Below, piece by piece: positions 14,022 through 25,680 of a stretch of 64,000 bases of DNA; positions within the stretch are counted from its first letter, which is position 1, and each line of letters begins with the position of its first letter. The translations under genes and the position numbers were made by a program. Source of the stretch: Octopus vulgaris. Its lineage: Eukaryota. Location of the stretch: positions 29,822,001 to 29,886,000 of the forward strand of contig OX597815.1 of NCBI GenBank assembly GCA_951406725.2, written 5' to 3'. Under the pieces are notes generated by a model, which was not told where the DNA came from, searched no databases, and was given only the letters and a program-made list of their open reading frames with translations.

Positions 14022-14249
14022 ATTGCTCTACATTTTAAAACTGATGTAATATTTGCATTGTTTAATTAAATGAAGTAGCATGAAACGATTGTACTGCACT
14101 ACCTTTGGATATCCTTGTTGCTTATTTTGATTATAATCACCCCATTTGATTTATATGGATAATACCATACCAAATTCTGGTGCCTTTAACTTAAGTGCTA
14201 TATTCATCTGAATCTAAATTTTTACTGAACTTATATATTTATATATATA

Positions 14250-14358
14250 TCATAATTAGTGTCATAAGTCAAACATTCTAATCACTTGGACATTGATTCT
14301 TGCCCTACAATGTTTGAATAAACATACTGCAGCCGTTAATAGATTGTTTAAAGAAATC

Positions 14359-14395
<37 letters not shown>

Positions 14396-14760
14396 ATATT
14401 TCGGAAAGGTCATTTTGCCAGTTTAGTCAATATATATATATATATATATATATATGAAAAACGACGTTCGAACCTTTTTGATTATCAAGGGGTGACTGAG
14501 TCGTTAGCTTGATAAAAAGAAAGATTTCTTTTAGACTCACACTCGGGGTGAAATATTGGTTCGAATCCCGTTGGAATCATTCCGCTTACTATTTGTACTT
14601 GCAATTTCTGGTAATAGTCGGTGAAGATCATTTGATCACCCTACATAAACCGATTCCTTTAAACAATCTATTAACGGCTGCAGTATATTTATTCAAACAT
14701 TGTAGGGCAAGAATCAATGTCCAAGTGATTAGAATGTTTGACTTATGACACTAATTATGA
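14250..14760. repeat. 116-bp inverted repeat (14250-14365 / 14645-14760) among (TA)n tracts
   Basis: Arms are reverse complements with about 2 mismatches. Confidence 0.9.
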
Positions 14761-15892
14761 AATTTTATTTACGGAATTAATGTTCTTGATAAAATTTAAC
14801 ATTGATTTTTTCCATCACAAGTAGCGTTTTAGATATTTTGCATAAGAAAGAAATCAACATTTAGTACACAAGCATTTGCATTCGAACTGAAGGTTGAAGT
14901 TCGTAGTTGTTCTATGAAAATATATTAGACGTTATGATGTTACATATACCCTTAATGATACTGGAAGCATAAAATGCAGCGAGCACATACTTTTAATTCC
15001 TTCATTACAATGCAGAACATATCTGTTTGTCCCTGACATATTAAATGGAATGAAATTGTGGAGAATAATGAATTAGATTTTTAATAAGGGAAGAGTGCGC
15101 TCTGTTTAAAATAACGGAAGGTTTGAAACTCTGAGTGACCAGATAAACTTTGTGGTCAAAGTTATATTATCCTTTGTGAATGATCTGATATAATACTTCT
15201 TTTGATTAAGAATAGATTATCTAATCAAGATTATACCCATCAGACAAAGAAGTTTCAAATTTTTGAAAAGTCCACTATCGCTACCAAACATCCATGGGGG
15301 AAATGTTAACCCTTATCAAAGTGTCTTCCTATCTAAAAGAATTTGTTTAAACAATTTATGATCGATAATTCTTTGATTATTGTAATGTTTCTAGCAATTT
15401 AAACTGCTTTAGTATGATACGCTTTCCACAATGAAAAAAAATAAAAAAGAGAAAAATATCACCATTTTACGTTGATGAAAATGAATAGCAATACTTTCTA
15501 ATTTACAAACAAGGGCAGTAATTTCTGAGGGTAGGAATAAATCGATACCATCGACTCTACTACTTGACTAATTTCATCGAATCCAAAGAAATGAAAGGCA
15601 AATTTAACCTCAGCAGGATTTGAACTCAGCGTGAAAGAAGTTGGAACAAATAATGCAAAAAAAGTTTTTTTCGGATGCTCTAAAAATTCTGGCAGCTCAC
15701 CACCTTGCAGAATAGCCATAATAATTTTACCATTGATTTGCATTATTACAAAAACGCGTAACAAGGGTAAAAAGAAAAGATTATTCGACTTATTGAATGT
15801 ACCCACACATAAGACGAAGAATAAAGCAAAACATTACACTTCATATTGAAAAACTAAATATTTAGAGAAATTACACAGATTAATATATGAAT

Positions 15893-16270
15893 TTGGTACA
15901 AGCCCAGCAATTTCGGAGGAGGGAATAATTCGATTACATCGACCCCAGAGGTCAACTGGTACTTTTTTTTATTGACTTCGAAAGAATGAAGGCAATGTAG
16001 AATTTGAAATGAGAACCTAAAGACAGGCGAAATACCTATTTCTTTACTACCCACAAGGGGCTAAACACAGAGAGAACAAACAAGGACAGACAAACGGATT
16101 AAGACAATTATATCGACCCCAGTGCGTAACTAGTACTTAATTTATCGACCCCGAAAGGATGAAAGGCAAAGTCAACCTCGGCGGAATTTGAACTCAGAAC
16201 GTAACGGCAGACGAAATACCGCTAAGCATTTCGCCCGGCGTGCTTAACGTTTCTGTCAGCTCACCGCCTT
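15893..16270 (-). mobile_element. SINE family A (GGCGGCGAGCTGGCAGAAACGTTAGCAC head), composite
   Basis: GTTCAAATTCC B box; GACTTTGCCTTTCATCCTTTCGGGGTCGATAAA central domain resembling the Meta/MESC SINE domain. Confidence 0.9.
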
Positions 16271-17132
16271 ATAATCATATAAATATCAATAAATACAAGT
16301 AAAAGAAAAAAAATTAAAGAAAAATAGGGTAACGTGTCTCAAAGGTGTGAGAGGCAGCCACAAATTTCATCTAAGTACCCCACGATCGCAACCACTATTC
16401 GCTCTTGGTATTGGAATCCGTGACTCCTTCCCCCTCTGAAGTGTACCTAAATAGCATCGATATTAGACTTGGCTCCAATCTTAGTATGTCTTCAAGGTAG
16501 TGCGCATAAAAATCTTGATAAACCGAAAATTTGACTTACAGCAGCAGTCTTTCATTTAAAAATTCCACAATACTTGACCTCATGACCACATCGCTTTCCC
16601 ACTATCTTTCTCAAGTTGTGCAGATAATTTATCAATTCTTCGAATTGTCAACGAAGAATCTATAAACAATGGCGGACGATCTTCAGAGTGACTTTCAGAA
16701 AACGATCAAAATTTTGAATGAATTATAAGCTTGGCAGCGCAAAATTGATATAGGACAAAAAATTCGAGGTTTGCAAGAAGAAAATAAAGTGTCAGCCACT
16801 AATACAATTTTATAAAAATGAAAATTTAATGGAAACCAGTAATAACTCGTTTCCATGATTTATATATACTATTATTTCTATTTTGATGCATACATTTATA
16901 AATTTTCATATCACTGATTCATTAAATAAACTATTTCAATTTTATCTTTGACCTCTTCAATAGTTAGACTTCTTAAAAGCATAACACTCGAACATATTTT
17001 CATTCACGGCTTCAGGTGTATTTCTGGGTACTATTGAGCTTTCCCACCCACAATCGACTCCGTTTCTTTTTTTTATTGGAAATATTACTGCTGATTTTAA
17101 CGACATTTTATTTCATTATTTAAAACGACTTC

Positions 17133-17340
17133 AAGGCGGCGAGTTGGCAGAATCGTTATAGCATAGGGAAGAATGCTTTGCAGTATTTGTCTTGGATCTT
17201 TACATTCTGTGTTCAAATCCTGCCGAAGTCAACTTTGCTTTGCATCCCACCAGGGTTAACAAAATTAAGTACCAGTCATGTACTGAGGTCATCTCTCTTC
17301 TGTCAAAATTGCCGGTCTTGTGCCAAAATTAGGAAAACTA
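17133..17340 (+). mobile_element. Old family A SINE with imperfect TSD (ATTTAA.ACGACTT)
   Basis: Head GGCGGCGAGTTGGCAGAATCGTTA; flanking direct repeats. Confidence 0.75.
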
Positions 17341-17999
17341 TTTAAGACGACTTTTAACTCTGCACAGGTAATAGTTGTCCTCAATGGACCGTAAAGCTAT
17401 GACACCATCGAAGTTTTTTGGCATTAACAAAAGGAAGATTCGACTGCTCTTTCTGGCAGGATGGGGAAGCACTTCGAGGATCACTGATTGGGTCGAGTTT
17501 TCAATTGTAGTATTCTACAGGGGAGAGAACTCTACCATTGATTAAGAATCTTGAGATCAACTTCGTGTATCATCATTTCGATGGAACGATAAAAATGTAA
17601 CGATCTAGAATAGTGGATTGGCGGAATAGTTAAAAGGTTGGTTGCGATACCTTGCATTATCTGTTACAATTCTCTACTTTCTGACAGAAGCAATTAGCGT
17701 CACTGATGTCGAGCTGTATGACCTCTAGGCAGCGGTCTTTCTATTGGATAAACCTCTGTGACGTGAAGACTTTCATTTATGGGAAACTGCCAGTTTTCCT
17801 TATTAAAAACAAACCAAACTTATGCGTAGAGTGCTGAACCTTGAACGACGGTGGCTTTTGATTGACTCAGTTTTCCGAACTTGTTAGGACTATGCAAAGC
17901 TTAAGGAAATAATAACTGGCTTCGTGAAATAAATTTGTTAGAATAAATAAAATACTACAAATATATTCAACATGTATTGATGGATTGTAAGAATCATTT

Positions 18000-19005
18000 G
18001 TGCGTCGGGAAAAATGCTTCTTGCTCTCTTTCTGGTTCTTTGCATTCTAAATTCAAATACCACCGAACTCATCTTTGCCTTTCATTTTTCCGGGGTCGAT
18101 GAAATAAAGTACCATTCAAGTACTGAGGTGGAATTAATCGTCAAGTAACCAATCTCAAATTTCAGGACAAGTACCTATGTAAAGAACTGTTCTTAAGGTG
18201 GTAGTTAGAAACGTTAGAGCGTCGGGAAAATTACAGTGCGGTATATAGTTATGAGTCAGTTCAAATCCTGCAGTGGTTACGTTTGCCTTTCATCACGCAA
18301 GGGCTGATACGTACCAGTCAAGTATCGGTGTCAATATAATCGACCAATAGCTCACTCAAAATTACTGATGTGCCAAAATTAGAAATTATCTCGAACAGTG
18401 GATTAGCAGAATCGTTAAAATGGTAGTTCTTCCTCTTATGTTCTGAGTTGAAATCCCGCTGCAGTTAATCTTATCTTTCACCCCCTCTCACGTCCATAAA
18501 GATACAGTCAAATACTAGGGTCGCTATAATCGGATAACCCTTCCCTTTAAAGATGTTTAACCATGTGCCTAAATGTGAAATAATTATTATACATGATTAT
18601 TATTGTGCGTTCAAAGGCACAATAATGGTTACGTAGTTAAGAAATAGGTATTTCGTCTACCGCTACGTTCTGAGTTCAAATTCCGCCGAGGTTGACTTTG
18701 CCTTTCATCCTTTCGGGGTCTATTAAATACGTACCAGTCACGCACTGGGGTCGATATAATCGACTTAATCCGTTTGTCTGTCCTTGTTTGTCCCCTCTAT
18801 GTCTAGCCCCTTGTGGGCAATAAAAAAACAAGAAACCTTTGCACGCCGGGTGAAATACTTTGCGGTATTTCGTCTGTCTTTACGTTCCGAGGATAACTTT
18901 GCTTTTCATCCTTCCGGGGCCGATAAATTAAGTACACTAAGGTCGATCTAATCCATTGGCTCCCTCCCCCAAAATTTCAGGCCTTGTGCCTATATTAGAA
19001 AAGAA
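18000..19005 (+). mobile_element. Cluster of family A SINE copies (old 18000-18600; young 18640-19005)
   Basis: Repeated TTCAAAT..CTTTGCCTTTCAT..GTACCAGT motifs. Confidence 0.8.
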
Positions 19006-19560
19006 TATCTATCTATCGACATATGTTTTAGAAACCAAGATTTTCTGTCTCTATACAATCACTAAATATTAGATGAGAAAGCAAACCCCAAACAGTAGTT
19101 TATAACTGATTAAAAGAATAAATAAACCCAGAAAGGCAAAAGAGATCATAAAAGTAAGCTACAATACAATATTTTAATTATTGGTCTGAAGGAAGGCGTG
19201 GAAATGCAATCATGTGGGCTGATGAAATTATAGCGGTGTGTGAAGTTACATAAGTAGTTTTCATTTTGAGTAATGTTACTTTCTGTTGACAGACTAATGT
19301 TTTTGCGATGTAGAGAGTACTCTAGAACACATCAAACGTTTTAGCCAACTGATTCTGGTCATACAAAGCTATAAAATTTACTGAACTGAGTAAACAGACA
19401 GTGTGTCTAGTTACATCGAAATATTTGTACATACTGGAAGAAAAAAAAAAGCGAAATAAAAAAAACAAAAGCATATACAAAACATGTGTGAGTAGTGTGT
19501 GCGCATTTCTGGGTGTTTGTGTGAGTGTATATGATTGTGGGGTTGACCAGGAAGGAATTC

Positions 19561-19607
<47 letters not shown>

Positions 19608-19611
<4 letters not shown>

Positions 19612-19760
19612 TAATCCAAACAAGAAAACACAAAAAAAAAAACACAGCAACGAGAGGACGTGGAACAAATAAAGTATTATTGGACGCTCAGGAAAGAAGG
19701 GAAGGAGGGTTTAACGTTTCGAGCGGAGCTCTTCGTCGGAAACAAAGGAGAAGGGAAGAC
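19608..19760 (-). mobile_element. Penelope-like solo pseudo-LTR with minimal hammerhead (U4C mutation)
   Basis: Minus strand GTTT-CCGACGA-AGAGCTCCGCTC-GAAACGTT-AAAC at 19709-19743; abuts (TA)n. Confidence 0.7.
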
Positions 19761-19802
19761 AGAGAGCTGTGTATGTAGGTGAATGTAAAACATACTATAT
19801 AT

Positions 19803-20424
19803 AATCCTTTCTACTAAAGGCACAAGGCCTGAAATTTTTGGGGAAGGAACTAGTTGATTATATCGATCCCAGTGTTTCACTGGCATTTAATTTATCGACC
19901 TCGAAAGGATGAAAGGCAAAGTCGACCTCGGCGGAATTTGATCTCAAAACGTAGCGGCAGACGAAATACCTATTTCTTTACTACCCACAAGGGGCTAAAC
20001 ACAGAGAGGACAAACAAGGACAGACAAACGGATTAAGTCGATTATTCGATCCCAGTGCGTAACTGGTACTTATTTATATTTATTTTTTTACTACCCACAA
20101 GGGGCTAAACACAGAGAGTACAAACAAGGACAGACAAACGGATTAAGTCGATTATTCGATCCCAGTGCGTAACTGGTACTTATTTATATTTATTTTTTTA
20201 CTACCCACAAGGGGCTAAATACAGAGAGGACAAACAAGGACAGACAAACGGATTAAGTCGATGATATCGACCCCAGTGCGTAACAGGTACTTAATTTATA
20301 GATCCCGAAAGGATGAAAGGCAAAGTCGACCTCGGCGGAATTTGAACTCAGAACGTAACGGCAGACGAAATACGGCTACGCATTTCGCACGGCGTGCTTA
20401 ACATTTCTGCCAGCTCGCCGCCTT
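19803..20424 (-). mobile_element. Family A SINE with internal 110-bp unit triplicated
   Basis: CTACCCACAAGGGGCTAAA at 19981, 20091, 20201; intact head ending at 20424. Confidence 0.9.
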
Positions 20425-20531
20425 AAAACAAACTTTATATAATATATTAATATATGCATCTGTAAATATATATATGTATATATATAATGTTGTGTGTATG
20501 AGTAGGTGTGTATATTAAAATACTATGTATA

Positions 20532-20613
<82 letters not shown>

Positions 20614-20629
20614 GTGTTTAAATGCATGC

Positions 20630-20709
<80 letters not shown>

Positions 20710-21509
20710 ATGCGTGCGTGCATGCATATTTTCAGTGTGTGCATGTGTATGTGTATTTTCAGTTTTAGAACATACATTTGGTTAGTTAGCGCCGAAGATA
20801 AAGACTAAAGGTTCAAGTGTTCGTCACTGTATTTGTGTGAATTATCTGATCTTATATCTTTCTGTTTCTTCCTTTCACCTTCCACTCAAGTTTGGGATTT
20901 TTTCAAATAAATTCTTAAGGTTCCTCTCTGATTTGCTTCTATTCACTAAGCACATCATCGACATTCAGATAGAAATATCTAAAGTTTTCAGAACAAACCA
21001 GCCAATAAAAATCAACTTGTAAGTGTTGAAATCAATGCTGGCATCTAACAGCCATTTCGTGATAGGAATGTCCTAGCGAGTGCTGTAATTATTTCCACGA
21101 TAGATTATATGACGAAAATAAAGATATCAAATATTTATGAACTTAACTTGACAAATCTTGCTTTGGTCTGTAGAGCACGTTCGTGTAAGCAAACGGGACG
21201 GCATGTTGACAGATATACAAACAAAACGGTTCGGATGGAAATTTCATACACTATGCTTTTTTTTTAGGGAGAGTGGGAAGGTGTGTTTTCGTTATTATAT
21301 GTTTCTTGAATTTTTTTCTTTTTGACAGCTAAAGAGTTTTGAGCTGAAAAGTATCTTTATAATTATATTTCAATAATAAAGCATTTGAAGTTTATAGTAT
21401 GTCTGCTCTGGAAATGAGGAAACGCAGTTATTCAATAACTGGGAAAATGAGCGAGATACTCGAATAATTGTCGACTAGTGTCAGCAAATATGTCTATATA
21501 TAGATATGT

Positions 21510-21731
<222 letters not shown>

Positions 21732-21734
<3 letters not shown>

Positions 21735-21848
21735 CTGCTCGCTTAGCCAGCGGGGTGGCGTCATTCGAAGGCTAAAACAATGCGAACGCATTGTGACCAG
21801 CGATATGTAACAACATCTGATGGTCTGGTCGGTCACGTGATCACGTGA
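21732..21848 (+). mobile_element. Short GC-rich insertion in (TA)n ending in a CACGTGAT repeat; probable retroelement 3' end
   Basis: Flanked by (TA)n on both sides; GTGACC..GGTCAC hairpin; tail CACGTGATCACGTGAT. Confidence 0.5.
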
Positions 21849-21852
21849 TATA

Positions 21853-21886
<34 letters not shown>

Positions 21887-21907
21887 CGTGTGTATGTGTG
21901 TGTGTAT

Positions 21908-22700
21908 ACACTCCTTCCTCCCTTTTGTCCAATCCTTACTCCCTGCCCTCGAATTCTCCTGCACCATTTCCAACATTTCCGTCGCCTTTCTCGACGTTTC
22001 GGTCAACATACACAACTCCATTCTCACTACTTCCATCCACTACAAACACACCGACTCACACTCATACCTCAACTTCCCCTCCTCCCATCCTACCCACACC
22101 AAGCTCTCTATCCCCTACTCTCTACAGTGACAACCATGACTTTGAAACTCAGTCTCAACTCATGGCTCGCCACTTCATCCTTCGTCGAAACCCCCTCACT
22201 ACTATCCGCACCGCCCTTGCCAGAACACTTTCCTTGGACAGTGCTTCTGCTCTCTCTCCCCGCCCCGCCGTTACCGTTTCCCGTTTCCCCTCACACACGA
22301 CCCCTTCACCCTGCCCCTCCAACACACCATTCTCCGAGCCTTCCGGCGACTCCAGTCTTCCTCTTCGCACATCTTCCCCAACCTACATCTTCCCCCTTCA
22401 AACGAACCCACAACCTACGTGATCTCCTGTTCCACAGTTTCTTCCCTAACCCCACCTCCCAACCTAGCTCACAGGCACCTATCATATCACTGAATCCTTT
22501 ACATGCACTTCCATCAATGTCATTTACTGCAAGTCCTGCTCTTTCTGTCCTTCTCTGTACATCGGTCAAGCGGGACGCCGCTTGGCTCACCGGTTCACGG
22601 AGCACGTCCGAGACATTAGAATCGGCAACAACACCCCCGTCTCGCGCCATTTACGCTCTACCGGTCATTCATTACAACATGTGTGTTAAACGGCTTTGGG
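21908..22700 (+). mobile_element. Penelope-like element remnant: RT C-terminus plus GIY-YIG endonuclease
   Basis: FLDV..LTTSIHYKHTDSHSYLNFPSSHPTHTKLSIPYS; ESFTCTSINVIYCKSCSFCPSLYIGQAGRRLAHRFTEHVRDIR..PVSRH at ~22490-22650; frameshifted. Confidence 0.9.
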
Positions 22701-22784
22701 GAGGCCAAGTTAGCGGGTGATAAAGAGAATCAATGAATAAGAGAAAGAAATGAGAAAAAAGGGCGGTGTGCCTAGAATTGAAAA

Positions 22785-22818
<34 letters not shown>

Positions 22819-22821
<3 letters not shown>

Positions 22822-22972
22822 AGGGCAAAAGAAAAAATTCCAATGCCAAATATGCCGAAATATAGACTTAATCGTCAATAACCATATAATTTATCTCTAT
22901 AAGCACGCATTATTGACGATTAAGTCTATATTTCGGCATATTTGGCATTGGAATCTTTTCTTTTGCCCTTGT
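22819..22972. repeat. 63-bp-arm inverted repeat adjoining (TA)n
   Basis: 22819-22881 vs 22910-22972, about 1 mismatch. Confidence 0.9.
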
Positions 22973-23057
22973 TTATGAGTTGTTTATAAAATTTAACCTT
23001 TAATGGTATTTTTTTAATATGCTGGTCATTGATAAAATTTTTTTCGAAAATTTTTAT

Positions 23058-23115
<58 letters not shown>

Positions 23116-23243
23116 ATTTTAGGCAGAAAATTCAACAAAATCTGTTGCTTAAAATTCTGCTGCTTAAAATAAAGCATATTACTCTACCACTGGTATTTGA
23201 GTACTCTTTTTTCCACCTTGTTTCACATTTATGTGTTTACTCC

Positions 23244-23288
<45 letters not shown>

Positions 23289-23290
23289 GA

Positions 23291-24463
23291 ACTGGTCTTC
23301 AAAACTATAAAGCCAGAGCACTGTCTGTTTTTTCTGGTGAAATATACTAGCCAAATTTATGAAACTCATCTCTTGATAGGAAACGGAACAGGGGAAGGTA
23401 TTGCGATATTCAAATTTATTAAAATCCCAAAATAAATAATTCATAAAATCATACAGAGCCAGAAAACCCGTGTTCAAATCTATGACGCCAGGTTGAATAA
23501 TGTTGCGAAAATGATGCAAAACAGGGAAATTATGATACATTTTCAATGATATTCTCATGCAATACATCAACAATACGTCAAAGACATGCAATTTCATGCT
23601 CCCAATCAACTTCTGCAGCAGATCAGGTAGAAGCTCTTCCCAGGCCTTCTTAATTTGCGTTTCAAGTTCATTAACAAATGAATACTGCTTGCTTTCTCTG
23701 TACACAACATACGCGAGATGTCCTCAGGTATTCTCTATAGGATTATGGTCGGCATTCATTTCTGGCTATGGCTTCAACCCCAATTGCATGGAAGAAATCT
23801 AAAGTTGCCTTAGCTTCATGAATAGGGGCATTGTCTTGTTGAAATATGAAGTTCTCACCATAGAGCCTTTTTTCTTCTACAAAACCCTGGTGGGAAGGGG
23901 ACAATAACGGACGCCTTAGTCGCTTCTTCACTCTTACGGTGGATGTCAAGGTTCCTACTCCTGCTGCTGCCTTAATTTTGAAAACAAGAGCAGCACGATT
24001 TCTTCGCAGCTCTGACAATGGTCCTGTTATCTCTTCCTGATGAAGCCTTGGGACGTCCACCAGCTTCAACCCTGTCGGGATCTTTCAGAAAATTGTCCAC
24101 TGCTTCACCGAACCTTCTCAGCAATCTTCCGGTTACTCATTCTTTCAATACAAGAATCTTTCCTTGTTCAATTTCGGAAAGCTTTGTTGTTTATTGGAAA
24201 TGTAATCTGAATCACGGAAAATATGATGGAGTTGAATATTTTCCGAAACAATTTGCAAAGAAAGGAAAATGTATTAGTGGCTTTATAGTTTTGAAGTGTT
24301 GATATGTTAGGAAAAATTGGAAAATCAGAAGGTTTTTTTACATTTCAAAGTATTCATCTAATTCCAATTTACAATATATTATGCCCCTTAGTCAGCTCAA
24401 ATACGGAGCTAAATTTCTAAATAACTTTTAAAAACATGTGGTTTTATAGTTTTGAATAGTAGT
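23291..24463 (-). mobile_element. Defective Tc1-family DNA transposon with TIRs
   Basis: FIFQQDNAPIH, NPIENT and IKKAWEEL motifs; TIRs ACTGGTCTTCAAAACTATAAAGCCA / TGGTTTTATAGTTTTGAATAGTAGT; internal repeats at ~23473 and 24278. Confidence 0.85.
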
Positions 24464-25329
24464 TTATATACATCTATCAGCAAATTACACGCAAACGCAC
24501 ACGTGTACATGTATTCAAATCTACATTCATCTGTTAACAGATACACTCCACGCGCAAGCACAAACACACACATAGGTCTATATACATGCCAACAGATAAC
24601 TATCTACACATATTCATACGAAAGACCTATATGTAGACCTATATACACTCGTCAATAGATAACACGCATGTACACACGCATACACACATACAAATATAAA
24701 ACTTATACATATATATTATTTATAAAATGAAAGGGTCCTATGACAGTTTCGGGATTCAATGGAGACTGATGGATGGAGTCCCATCTATATCTGAGTTATT
24801 TTCTTGAATATTACATACTCGTTATTTTTCTTTCACTCCTTTTTTCTTCACCTCTAGAATGAGCGAGTCTGAATGCGAAGGAAGAAGCGAGAAGATGTGA
24901 GAAAGTGAAAGTGATGTCAGTATAGATAGTGTGGTAAAGAAGCGTGAGTACAACCATCTATAGAAATATATTTTTTCTTTGTATATATTGTATTGTCGTA
25001 TTCATAAAATTGAATCAATAGCATTTCACAGTTTCAGGAAGTAATGTTTTCAATATTGAATACACATTCCTTATTTTGCCCACTTACAATAGAGTCCTAT
25101 CTCTGTTAGTATTATATTATATATTTTCCTTGGAACTAGATTGCTCGTGGTTCCATTTTTCTTTTGGATCTTCATTATTAGAAGTATAAAATGTCGCTTT
25201 GTTATTTACAGACGATTTCAAAAGACTTCATAATAAAAAATTATTAAACAGGAGCCCACATACTAATGTGTTGTAAAGTGTGAAATACATCGGATACGTT
25301 CTTTCTATATAATCCCGCTACTTCTAAAT

Positions 25330-25680
25330 TGCTTTGATTCCATGTGGAGAATAAGGTGCCAACAAGAGCTCTCCATCTGTCTTTATCTTTGGCAATGGAT
25401 TGCAACTGTATCTAAGTGTAGCTGCTTGCTAGTGCTTCTGTTCCTATGAACCTTCTCCATGTTGTTTTGGTGCTAAGCTTCCGTCTCCCCTGTGGTGTCC
25501 GTCGGAGGGCTTTCTTAGTAATATATAATATTGGAAATAAATTTCTATAGGTTGCATTTCTGCCAATCCCATTTTCTCCTCTTGACCTAGATTGCTGGTT
25601 CGCCTGCTCTCATAAGGTTCTATTTGTAAGTTTATCTCACCATTTCAACTGAAGAATGTTCTATTAACAAAACCTGATTT
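25330..25680 (-). mobile_element. Decayed RTE-clade LINE 3' part
   Basis: Minus-strand TPQGRRK..PKTTWRR and IAKDKDRWRALV..L remnants. Confidence 0.7.

Noticed and set aside
19976-20300. Regularly spaced repeats resembling a CRISPR array (also 50217-50290)
   Set aside because: No unique spacers and a eukaryotic context; these are SINE and MITE internal tandem repeats.
21845-22720. Longest ORF (291 aa, Pro/Leu-rich)
   Set aside because: Off-frame reading of the C-rich Penelope-like remnant; the real RT and GIY-YIG motifs lie in other frames.
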